Below, piece after piece: positions 56,793 to 64,000 of a stretch of DNA of 64,000 nucleotides. The position numbers and the translations under genes are program-made. This DNA comes from an uncultured Eubacteriales bacterium (GTDB lineage Bacteria > Bacillota > Clostridia > Oscillospirales > Oscillospiraceae): contig UQVA01000002.1 in assembly GCA_900544405.1 (NCBI GenBank), positions 17,095 to 81,094 of the forward strand. The letters are read 5' to 3'. A model generated the notes under the pieces. The model did not search any database and was not told the origin of the DNA. It saw only the letters and a program-made list of their open reading frames with translations. Position 1 is the stretch's first letter; each line of letters starts with the position of its first letter.

Positions 56793-57656
56793 GTGAAAAA
56801 AATCAAAGACCAGGCGCTTTGGATGGGAAAGATCATCCTGGGCTGCGCCCTGTTTGCCGTAAGCTTCGATTTGTTCCTGGAGCCAAACGACCTGAACGCC
56901 GGCGGCGTGTCGGGCCTTGCCATGGTGCTGGTGCAGATTCTGGGCTTCGGCAGCGTGGGCGTGGTGACGGCGCTGATGAACCTGCCCCTGTTCGCTCTGG
57001 GCGGCATGAAGATCGGCAAGAATTTCTTCTGGGGGTCTCTGGCGGGCATGATCGCCAGTTCGGCCCTGCTGGACCTTTTGACCTTCATCCCCATTCCGAA
57101 AACGGAGCCGCTGCTGGGCGCATTGTACGGCGGTGTCCTCTGCGGCTTGGGCTTGGGCCTGGTGTTTACCGCCGGGGCTTCTACCGGCGGCTCGGACATC
57201 GTGGTGCGGCTGCTGAAAATGAAGTGGCAGAGCGTCCCCATCGGCACCATCAATATCTGCTTTGATATGACCGTAGCCGTGCTGACGGGCATCGTGTTCA
57301 AGGATTTCACCCGGACCCTCTATTCCGGCGTGGCGGTGTTCGTCACCGGGCAGGTCATCGATGCCGTCGTTTACCGCTTCGATTATTCCAAAGTGGCGCT
57401 CATTATTTCCAAGTACCATGAGAAAATTGCCCAAATGATCTCCGACGACCTGGGCCGGGGGGCTACCTACCTCCACGGCGAAGGCTCTTACAGCCGGGAG
57501 CCTACCGAAGTGGTGCTGACGGCAGTGAAGAAGCAGCAGATCGCCGACCTGAAACGAATGGTGTCCGAGATCGACCCGGATGCCTTCATCATCGTCCAGG
57601 AGGCCCATCAGGTCCTGGGCGACGGCTTCTCCCGATACAGCAAGGATTCCCTGTAA
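56793..57656 (+). CDS. YitT family membrane protein (DUF161/DUF2179)
   Basis: ~287 aa (start uncertain: TTG 56778 or GTG 56793); 'GGVSGLAMVL', 'TAGASTGGSDIVV', C-terminal DUF2179 'TYLHGEGSYS...TAVKKQQIADLKRMVSEIDPDAFIIV'. Confidence 0.7.
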   Translation: MKKIKDQALWMGKIILGCALFAVSFDLFLEPNDLNAGGVSGLAMVLVQILGFGSVGVVTALMNLPLFALGGMKIGKNFFWGSLAGMIASSALLDLLTFIPIPKTEPLLGALYGGVLCGLGLGLVFTAGASTGGSDIVVRLLKMKWQSVPIGTINICFDMTVAVLTGIVFKDFTRTLYSGVAVFVTGQVIDAVVYRFDYSKVALIISKYHEKIAQMISDDLGRGATYLHGEGSYSREPTEVVLTAVKKQQIADLKRMVSEIDPDAFIIVQEAHQVLGDGFSRYSKDSL

Positions 57657-57679
57657 ATTCCGAAAAGGAGGTATTTCCT

Positions 57680-58807
57680 ATGAAACGCCTGGCGGCTTGC
57701 CTGTTGGCCCTTGTGCTGCTGCTTTCCGGCTGCACGGAGGGCAGCTATGTGTCCGTGAAGCCTCATCAGGGGGAAAATACCTCCGGCAATGCCCAGGCGG
57801 TGGCAGTGGGTAATTATGAGGAAATGTTGGCTGCCTTAAAAGAAATGGTGGCCGGGGCCGTGGAGCAGCAGGTTTTGAGCGTTGCGGACATGGACGAGAA
57901 TGCCGTGACGGCTACGCTGGACCAGGCCATCCGGACGGCCTGCCGCACGGACCCCATGGGGGCCTACGCCGTGGAGGAAATTACCTATGAGCGGGGTCAG
58001 AGCGGCAATCTGCCCGCCGTGGCGGTGAGCATCCGCTACAACCGGACCCGCCGGGAAATCCTGCAAATGCCCACGGCGGCGGATATGGACCAGGCGGCCT
58101 CCCGTATCCAGGTGGCCCTGAACGGCTGCAATTCCAGCGTGGTGATGCTGGTGGAGCAGTATGAGGCTACGGATTTCGTGCAGCTGATCGAGGACTATGC
58201 GGCATCTTACCCGGAGTGGGTCATTGAAATCCCAACGGTGGCGGAGGCTACCTACCCGGAAGCCGGGGACCGGCGCATCCTGGAACTGAAATTTTCCTAC
58301 CAGACCAGCCGGGAGTCTCTGCGGACCATGCAGAGCCGGGTCCAGTCGGTGTTTGATTCCGCACGGCTCTACGTTCAGGGGGACAGCTCCGACCATGAAA
58401 AATACAATCAGCTTTTCTCCTTCCTGACCCAGCGGTTCGATTACAAGGCCGAGACGTCCATCACGGCGCCATACAGCCTTCTCTGCCACGGGGTAGGGGA
58501 CAGTCGGGCCTTTGCCACCTGCTATGCGGCTATGTGCGCCCGGGCGGGACTTTCGGCCCTGGTGGTCTCCGGCACCCGGAACGGGGAACCCTGGTTCTGG
58601 AACATCGTAGAGGACAACGGGGACTATTATCATGTGGACCCGGCGGCTTCGCTGCTGGGGGGCGACTTCCGGGAACTGCGGGATGAGGAAATGGAAGGCT
58701 ATGTGTGGGATTACTCCGAATATCCCGCCTGCGTGGGCCATGAGGCACCGCCGGAACCGGCAGCGGAAACGGAAACAACAGCGCCGGTGGGGGAGAACGA
58801 AAAATAA
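57680..58807 (+). CDS. Lipoprotein with C-terminal transglutaminase-like (Cys-His-Asp) domain
   Basis: 375 aa; lipobox 'LLLSGC'; 'GDSRAFATCYAAMCARAGL...WFWNIVEDNGDYYHVDP'. Confidence 0.7.
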   Translation: MKRLAACLLALVLLLSGCTEGSYVSVKPHQGENTSGNAQAVAVGNYEEMLAALKEMVAGAVEQQVLSVADMDENAVTATLDQAIRTACRTDPMGAYAVEEITYERGQSGNLPAVAVSIRYNRTRREILQMPTAADMDQAASRIQVALNGCNSSVVMLVEQYEATDFVQLIEDYAASYPEWVIEIPTVAEATYPEAGDRRILELKFSYQTSRESLRTMQSRVQSVFDSARLYVQGDSSDHEKYNQLFSFLTQRFDYKAETSITAPYSLLCHGVGDSRAFATCYAAMCARAGLSALVVSGTRNGEPWFWNIVEDNGDYYHVDPAASLLGGDFRELRDEEMEGYVWDYSEYPACVGHEAPPEPAAETETTAPVGENEK

Positions 58808-58831
58808 TTTGCGGAATTTTGAAATAAGCTA

Positions 58832-58859
58832 TTGACATTTCGGGAAATTCTGCTATAAT
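58832..58859 (+). promoter_or_regulatory. sigma-A promoter (TTGACA-16-TATAAT) for tRNA-Gly
   Basis: -35 58832-58837, -10 58854-58859. Confidence 0.55.
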
Positions 58860-58873
58860 ACATATCGTTCGTT

Positions 58874-58949
58874 GCGGGTGTAGCTCATCCGGTAGAGCGC
58901 CACCTTGCCAAGGTGGAGGTAGCGAGTTCGAGCCTCGTCACCCGCTCCA
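58874..58949 (+). tRNA. tRNA-Gly (anticodon GCC), CCA encoded
   Basis: GCGGGTGTAGCTCATCCGGTAGAGCGCCACCTTGCCAAGGTGGAGGTAGCGAGTTCGAGCCTCGTCACCCGCTCCA. Confidence 0.9.
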
Positions 58950-58951
58950 TA

Positions 58952-58990
58952 AAAGCCTGATTTGCGTTTTGCAAATCAGGCTTTTTCTTC
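58952..58990 (+). terminator. Terminator after tRNA-Gly
   Basis: aaagcctgatttgc-gttt-tgcaaatcaggcttt + ttcttc. Confidence 0.65.
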
Positions 58991-59070
58991 GCAGAGCCGT
59001 CCTTTTTGAAAAAATCGGAAGGAATCGGCGGTGCGCGGCAGATTTTTCCCGGAAAAAGGAAAAATAATGT

Positions 59071-59099
59071 TTGACAAAACCGGGAAAACCCATTATAAT
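59071..59099 (+). promoter_or_regulatory. Consensus sigma-A promoter (TTGACA-17-TATAAT) for yceD-rpmF
   Basis: -35 59071-59076, -10 59094-59099. Confidence 0.6.
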
Positions 59100-59129
59100 A
59101 TCTAAGCATGATTGTGAGGAGGAAAGCGT

Positions 59130-59630
59130 ATGCTGCTAGGACTTGCGAAAATCATAGACTGTCCCGGTGCATCCGTCCCCTTTTCTTATAGTGCAGACTT
59201 GCGGGATCTTCGATATGGCAACAGCTTCCCGGTGACTGAGCCCGTTGTGGCGGAGGGCACCGTGCGGAACACCGCCGGAGTGCTGGTGATGACGGGCAAC
59301 GTGAAAACCACTCTCCATGGCGTGTGCGACCGCTGCGCTGCGGACTTTGTGAAAGAGGTTTCTTTTCCAATTGACGTGGTGCTGGTAACGGAGCTGGCCG
59401 ACGAGGAGAACGAGGATGAGTGGGTATTTTCTCTGGAAGGCGACAGCGCCGACCTGGACGACATCGTTCGGACGGTTTTCGTCCTGAACATGGACTCCAA
59501 GCTGCTGTGCAGACCGGACTGCAAGGGTATTTGCTGCAGATGCGGCAAGAACCTGAACGACGGTCCCTGCGACTGCCCGAAGGAAGTAGATCCCCGACTT
59601 GCTGCTTTGAAGCAGCTTCTGAACAAGTAA
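59130..59630 (+). CDS. yceD: YceD family (DUF177) large-ribosomal-subunit accumulation protein
   Basis: 166 aa; C-terminal 'CRPDCKGICCRCGKNLNDGPCDC'; immediately upstream of rpmF. Confidence 0.8.
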   Translation: MLLGLAKIIDCPGASVPFSYSADLRDLRYGNSFPVTEPVVAEGTVRNTAGVLVMTGNVKTTLHGVCDRCAADFVKEVSFPIDVVLVTELADEENEDEWVFSLEGDSADLDDIVRTVFVLNMDSKLLCRPDCKGICCRCGKNLNDGPCDCPKEVDPRLAALKQLLNK

Positions 59631-59681
59631 AACCACTAACGATGCTGTCTGAAAAGCAGTTTGACCAAGGAGGTGTCATCC

Positions 59682-59867
59682 ATGGCTGTTCCCAAGTGTA
59701 AAGTGTCCAAGGCCCGCCGTGATAAGCGCCGTGGCTCCAACTGGAAGCTGTCTGCTCCCAGCGTGGCGGTTTGCCCCAAGTGCGGCGAGCCCGTTATGCC
59801 CCACAGAGCCTGCAAGGCCTGCGGTACCTACAATGGCCGTCAGGTTCTTGCTGCCAAGGCTGACTAA
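59682..59867 (+). CDS. rpmF: 50S ribosomal protein L32
   Basis: 61 aa 'MAVPKCKVSKARRDKRRGSNWKL...CPKCGEPVMPHRACKACGTYNGRQV'; RBS AAGGAGG. Confidence 0.9.
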   Translation: MAVPKCKVSKARRDKRRGSNWKLSAPSVAVCPKCGEPVMPHRACKACGTYNGRQVLAAKAD

Positions 59868-59892
59868 GGCAGGAAAAAGCGCAAGCGCAGCG

Positions 59893-59918
59893 GAAGGCAG
59901 TCTCGCCTTCCGCTTTTT
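59893..59918 (+). terminator. Terminator after rpmF
   Basis: gcggaaggc-agtctc-gccttccgc + ttttt. Confidence 0.6.
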
Positions 59919-59985
59919 CCTTTATTTGGCGCAATTTGACGAAGAACATCCTGCCATTTTTGGCAGCGAGAAAGGATGATTGTAT

Positions 59986-61317
59986 ATGAGCAAGCCTTTG
60001 GTAGCCATTGTGGGCAGACCCAACGTGGGCAAATCCATGCTCTTTAATAAACTTACCGGCCGGCGGACCTCCATCGTGGAGGATACCCCCGGCGTGACCC
60101 GTGACCGCATTTACGGCGACTGCGAGTGGTGCGGACGGAAATTCTCTCTGGTGGATACCGGCGGCATTGAGCCGGGCACCGAGAACGATATGCTGAAATT
60201 CATGCGCCGTCAGGCGGAGATCGGCATTCTGCTGGCCGATTGCATCATAATGGTCGTGGACGTTCGCTCCGGCGTGACCGCCGCCGATATGGACGTGGCC
60301 ACCATGCTCCGCAAGTCCGGCAAGCCCATGGCCCTGGCGGTGAACAAGTGCGACAGCGTGGGTCCCACCAACCCGGACGTGTACGAGTTCTACGCTCTGG
60401 GCATCGGGGACCTGTTCGAGACCTCCGCCGTCCACGGACACGGTACCGGCGACCTGCTGGACTGGTGCCTGGCGCAGTTCCCGGAGGAGACCGAGGAGGA
60501 AGAGGAGACCGACGTGGTCAGCGTGGCCATCGTGGGCAAGCCCAACGTGGGCAAATCCAGCCTTCTGAACCGGATCCTTGGGGAGGAGCGGGTCATCGTG
60601 TCCAATGTGGCCGGAACTACCCGGGACGCCATCGACAGCTATTTTGAAAACGAGACTGGCAAGTATTGCTTCATCGATACCGCCGGTATGCGCCGGAAAA
60701 GCAAGGTGGATGACGCCATCGAGAAGTTCTCCAACTTGCGCTCCATTGGCGCCATCGAGCGCAGCGATGTTTGCCTGATCCTGATCGACGCCAACGAGGG
60801 TGTTACTGAGCAGGATACGAAAATCGCTGGCCTCGTTCACGAGGCGGGCAAGGCCGCTATCATCGTCGTGAACAAGTGGGACGCCGTGGAGGACAAGCAG
60901 ACCAATACCATGCGGGACAAGGAAGCGGAAATTCGCCGGGACCTGAGCTATATGACCTATGCGCCGGTGGTATTCCTGTCGGCCCTGACCGGCCAGCGGG
61001 TGGACAAGCTTTTTGAGGTCATTCAGGAGGTCCACAAGCAGAATACCAGCCGGGTGACCACCGGTGCGCTGAACAGCGTGCTGGCCGAGGCTACGGCACG
61101 GGTGCAGCCGCCTACGGATAAGGGCCGCCGCCTGAAAATCTACTATATGACCCAGGCGGGGACCAAGCCGCCCCATTTCGTCATTTTCTGCAACGATGCC
61201 CGGCTGTTCCACTTCTCCTATCAGCGATACCTGGAAAACCAGATCCGGGAAGTGTTCGGCCTCCAGGGTACACCCATTCGCATCACCATCCGCCAGAAGG
61301 GCGACAAGGAGGAATAA
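59986..61317 (+). CDS. der: Ribosome biogenesis GTPase Der (EngA)
   Basis: 443 aa; two GTPase domains 'GRPNVGKS' x2, KH-like C-term. Confidence 0.9.
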   Translation: MSKPLVAIVGRPNVGKSMLFNKLTGRRTSIVEDTPGVTRDRIYGDCEWCGRKFSLVDTGGIEPGTENDMLKFMRRQAEIGILLADCIIMVVDVRSGVTAADMDVATMLRKSGKPMALAVNKCDSVGPTNPDVYEFYALGIGDLFETSAVHGHGTGDLLDWCLAQFPEETEEEEETDVVSVAIVGKPNVGKSSLLNRILGEERVIVSNVAGTTRDAIDSYFENETGKYCFIDTAGMRRKSKVDDAIEKFSNLRSIGAIERSDVCLILIDANEGVTEQDTKIAGLVHEAGKAAIIVVNKWDAVEDKQTNTMRDKEAEIRRDLSYMTYAPVVFLSALTGQRVDKLFEVIQEVHKQNTSRVTTGALNSVLAEATARVQPPTDKGRRLKIYYMTQAGTKPPHFVIFCNDARLFHFSYQRYLENQIREVFGLQGTPIRITIRQKGDKEE

Positions 61318-61320
61318 GCC

Positions 61321-61947
61321 ATGGCATACGCCATTGTCATTGCTGTGCTGGCCAGCTATCTGCTGGGCAATCTGAACGGCGCTGTGTGTATGTCCACGCT
61401 TCTGAGCCATGAGGATGTACGGGAGCATGGCAGCGGTAACGCCGGACTGACCAATTTTGCCAGAAATTACGGAGGCTGGAACTCCCTTTTGGTTGTTCTG
61501 ATCGACGGAGGCAAGGCAGTCATTGCTACCATGCTCTCCGGTCTTCTGCTGAAGCCCTACGGCCTGGAAGCCGAGGGCATGATGCTTGGGGCTGTAGCGG
61601 TGTCCTTGGGCCATGATTTCCCGGCGCTGCTGGGCTTCCGGGGCGGCAAGGGCATCCTCAGCGGCTTCCTGTGCGCCGTGGTCATGGACTGGCGGGTGGC
61701 CCTGCTGGTGGTGAGTCTGTTCGCCCTGGCCTATGTGCTGTCCGGCTATGTGTCTTTGGGGTCCATTATGGGAGCCATCAGCTACGCTGCCGGATTTGCG
61801 ATTTGGCATCACAGCCAGCCCTGGGTCATGGCCGGAGGTATCTTCATTGGGGTACTGGCCCTCTTTATGCACCGGTCCAATATTTCTCGCCTCATCCACG
61901 GAACGGAAAGCAAGACCAATCTTTTTAAGGGGAGGAAGCGGAAATGA
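61321..61947 (+). CDS. plsY: Glycerol-3-phosphate acyltransferase PlsY
   Basis: 208 aa; 'HGSGNAGLTN', 'GFRGGKG' motifs. Confidence 0.9.
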   Translation: MAYAIVIAVLASYLLGNLNGAVCMSTLLSHEDVREHGSGNAGLTNFARNYGGWNSLLVVLIDGGKAVIATMLSGLLLKPYGLEAEGMMLGAVAVSLGHDFPALLGFRGGKGILSGFLCAVVMDWRVALLVVSLFALAYVLSGYVSLGSIMGAISYAAGFAIWHHSQPWVMAGGIFIGVLALFMHRSNISRLIHGTESKTNLFKGRKRK

Positions 61948-62942
61948 AAGCGGCAGTCATCGGCAGCGGCGGCTGGGGCACGGCTCTGGCCATGCGGCTG
62001 CAGGCCAACGGTATAGAAACGTTTCTCTGGTCCCATAACCTGAAAAAAGCGGCGGAAATGGCCGAAACCAGACAAAATCCCATGCTTTCCGGGGTGACGC
62101 TGCCGGAAAACCTGACCATCACGGCGGACCCTGCCTGCGTGGCCGAGTGTGATTTGGTCACGGTGGCCTGTCCGTCCTTTGCGGTCCGCAGTGTGGCGAC
62201 GCAAATTGCCCCCTATTTGCAGGAACGTACCGTCGTGGCTTCCGCCACCAAGGGCATCGAGCCGGGGACCCTCCTGCGGATGTCCCAAATCGACGAGGAA
62301 GTGCTTCGCCATCCGGTCGTGGCCCTGACCGGCCCCAGCCACGCCGAAGAAGTGGCCCGGATGCAGCCCACCGGCTGTCTGACGGCTTGCGCCGATAAGG
62401 CATTGGCCGAATATGTGCAGGATGCCTTCATGGCCGATGTGTTCCGGGTGTACACCAGCCCGGATGTGGTGGGTGCCGAGTTGGGCGGCGCTTTGAAAAA
62501 CGTCATTGCCCTGTGCGTAGGCGCCTGCGACGGCCTGGGCTACGGGGACAACGCCAAGGCCATGCTGATGACCCGCGGCCTGACGGAGATCGCCCGGCTG
62601 GGTGTGGCCATGGGCGCCCACCGGGAGACTTTTGCGGGTCTGGCCGGTGTGGGCGACCTGATCGTCACCGGCACGTCTCTCCATTCCCGGAATCGCCGGG
62701 CGGGCATCCTGCTGGGGCAGGGGAGAAGCGTGGAGGAAGCTATGCAGGAAGTGGGTGCCGTGGTGGAGGGCTACTATTGCGCCCGGTCCGCCTACGAACT
62801 TTGCCAAAAGCAGGGCGTGGAAATGCCCATTGTGGAGGCGGCCTACGGGGTCCTCTACCGGGGGTGGAACGCCCGGGATACCGTCAATCAACTGCTCATG
62901 CGTCGGAAAAAACAGGAATCCGAGGACGTGGGCTGGAACTAA
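61944..62942 (+). CDS. gpsA: NAD(P)H-dependent glycerol-3-phosphate dehydrogenase
   Basis: 332 aa; 'VIGSGGWGTALA' Rossmann, 'GALKNVIAL'. Confidence 0.9.
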   Translation: MKAAVIGSGGWGTALAMRLQANGIETFLWSHNLKKAAEMAETRQNPMLSGVTLPENLTITADPACVAECDLVTVACPSFAVRSVATQIAPYLQERTVVASATKGIEPGTLLRMSQIDEEVLRHPVVALTGPSHAEEVARMQPTGCLTACADKALAEYVQDAFMADVFRVYTSPDVVGAELGGALKNVIALCVGACDGLGYGDNAKAMLMTRGLTEIARLGVAMGAHRETFAGLAGVGDLIVTGTSLHSRNRRAGILLGQGRSVEEAMQEVGAVVEGYYCARSAYELCQKQGVEMPIVEAAYGVLYRGWNARDTVNQLLMRRKKQESEDVGWN

Positions 62943-62960
62943 CGAAAGGAAGGCGACCCA

Positions 62961-63872
62961 ATGACCAAGACGAAACTTACCAATAAGCTGGGGCTTGAAG
63001 CCCTGCGGAAGCTCAAGTGGCAGAATTTCCTCTTTCTGGCCCTTGCAGGCGCCATCAATGCCGTGGGCGTGACCATGTTCCTGGCACCGGTGAATCTCTA
63101 CGACAGCGGCATTTCCGGCACCTCCATGCTGTTGTGGCAGGTGACGCCGGAGCAGTTCAACCTGTCTCTGTTCCTGGTGCTGTTGAACGTACCGCTCTTT
63201 CTGTTCGGCCTGAAACGGCAGGGCTGGTGCTTTACCGTGTACTCCCTGTTCGCCGTGGGCATTTATTCCCTGGTATCCTTTTTGATCACGGACGTGTTTC
63301 CGGTGGACGTGGCCAACGCCTCGCCCTTTGCGGGCCAGGACCTGCTGCTGTGCGCCGTGTTTGGAGGCCTGATCTCCGGCGTAGGCAGTGGCCTGACCAT
63401 CCGTTTCGGCGGCGCCATCGACGGCATGGAGGTCTTGGGCGTGATTTTCGCCAAGAGCCTGGGTCTGACCGTGGGCAGCTTCGTTATGGCCTATAACGTG
63501 GTGCTGTATTTGCTCATCGGCATCGTGTTCAACAGCTGGGTGCTGCCGCTGTACTCCATCGTGACCTATGCCGTGGGCAACAAGACCGTGGACTTCGTGG
63601 TGGAGGGCTTCGACAAGGCCAAATCCGTGATGATCGTCACCTCCATGGAGGAGGCGGTGTGCAAGGCACTGTCCGAGGAATTCGGCCGGGGCATTACCCA
63701 GCTTCATGGCCGGGGGTATTATTCCGGCGCAGACAAGTGCGTTATTTACTTCGTGGTGAACCGGTTCCAGATCCCCAAGGTCAAGACCCTGGTCACGGAG
63801 ATCGACCCCAATGCCTTTATCACCATTTCGGAAATTTCTGACGTGCTGGGCACCAGCCTGAAAACAAAATAA
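62961..63872 (+). CDS. YitT family membrane protein (DUF161/DUF2179), second paralog
   Basis: 303 aa; 'GGLISGVGSGLTIRFGGAIDGMEV', C-terminal DUF2179. Confidence 0.8.
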   Translation: MTKTKLTNKLGLEALRKLKWQNFLFLALAGAINAVGVTMFLAPVNLYDSGISGTSMLLWQVTPEQFNLSLFLVLLNVPLFLFGLKRQGWCFTVYSLFAVGIYSLVSFLITDVFPVDVANASPFAGQDLLLCAVFGGLISGVGSGLTIRFGGAIDGMEVLGVIFAKSLGLTVGSFVMAYNVVLYLLIGIVFNSWVLPLYSIVTYAVGNKTVDFVVEGFDKAKSVMIVTSMEEAVCKALSEEFGRGITQLHGRGYYSGADKCVIYFVVNRFQIPKVKTLVTEIDPNAFITISEISDVLGTSLKTK

Positions 63873-63887
63873 AATGCACACTATGAA

Positions 63888-63928
63888 GCCGCCCCCGGAA
63901 CAGAAGAGCCTTCTGTCCGGGGGCGAAG
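63888..63928. terminator. Bidirectional terminator
   Basis: cgcccccggacagaag-gctct-tctgttccgggggcg type hairpin. Confidence 0.5.
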
Positions 63929-63930
63929 TG

Positions 63931-64000
63931 TTACGTTTTCTTCTTCCTTTGAAAACTGCTGACGAGCAGGTAAATGGCTGCGGCGATTACCGGCAGCAGG
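63931..64000 (-). CDS. C-terminal end of a membrane protein (partial; rest outside window)
   Basis: rc reads ...LLPVIAAAIYLLVSSFQRKKKT*; stop at 63931-63933. Confidence 0.3.
   Translation of the reverse strand, partial: LLPVIAAAIYLLVSSFQRKKKT

Noticed and set aside
52386-57608. 1740-aa ORF on the minus strand
   Set aside because: Antisense to the topoisomerase B/A genes and YitT; open frame is a GC-content artefact
1-64000. CRISPR arrays, IS elements/transposases, integrases, prophage genes
   Set aside because: No short regularly spaced direct repeats, no transposase/integrase-like ORFs and no terminal inverted repeats were seen anywhere in the window

Overview
This 64 kb window is a high-GC Firmicutes/Clostridia-type chromosomal segment, probably Oscillospiraceae/Ruminococcaceae-like (spoIIID, PFOR and a prs-pth-mfd cluster are present). 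Most of it is densely packed housekeeping genes on both strands.

What is in the window:
- Housekeeping genes: the end of nifU/iscU, an Rrf2 regulator, two MATE exporters, a dnaD-like/dnaI pair, hprK, rpmB, a pseudouridine synthase, rlmH, prs-pth-mfd, uvrA and uvrB, radC, PFOR (nifJ), comM, thiI, a CinA domain protein, a type IIA topoisomerase B/A pair, yceD-rpmF, der, plsY, gpsA and two YitT-family genes.
- Four stand-alone tRNA genes, each with its own promoter and/or terminator: Leu-TAA, Ala-CGC, Thr-CGT and Gly-GCC.

Observations worth a second look:
- An AT-rich islet between a 16-bp perfect hairpin and tRNA-Ala. It carries a secreted BspA-type LRR plus choline/cell-wall-binding repeat protein with internal tandem repeats of about 320 bp.
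- An orphan, soluble histidine kinase sitting between uvrA and radC-uvrB. Its phospho-acceptor His is replaced by Gln (CAG codon).
- An E2-acyltransferase-like protein with DERxxDG in place of the catalytic DHRxxDG motif.
- A roughly 300-nt multi-hairpin intergenic element between the convergent rlmH and vanW genes.
- A roughly 350-nt GC-palindrome cluster upstream of the topoisomerase promoter.
- A sigma-E-like promoter in front of spoIIID, and an unannotated 48-aa ORF with a strong RBS next to it.
- A GtrA-DUF3006-GT2 glycosylation operon placed opposite an XRE-membrane-LiaF-like regulator.
- PadR-DUF4097 and BceRS-AB-like stress modules.
- Two single-nucleotide frameshifts, in rsmE and in the Bce-type ABC ATPase (the latter in an A6 run). 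These are either real pseudogenes or assembly errors.

No CRISPR arrays, IS elements or prophage genes were seen. Very long antisense ORFs opposite uvrA, PFOR, mfd and the topoisomerase genes are treated as high-GC artefacts.
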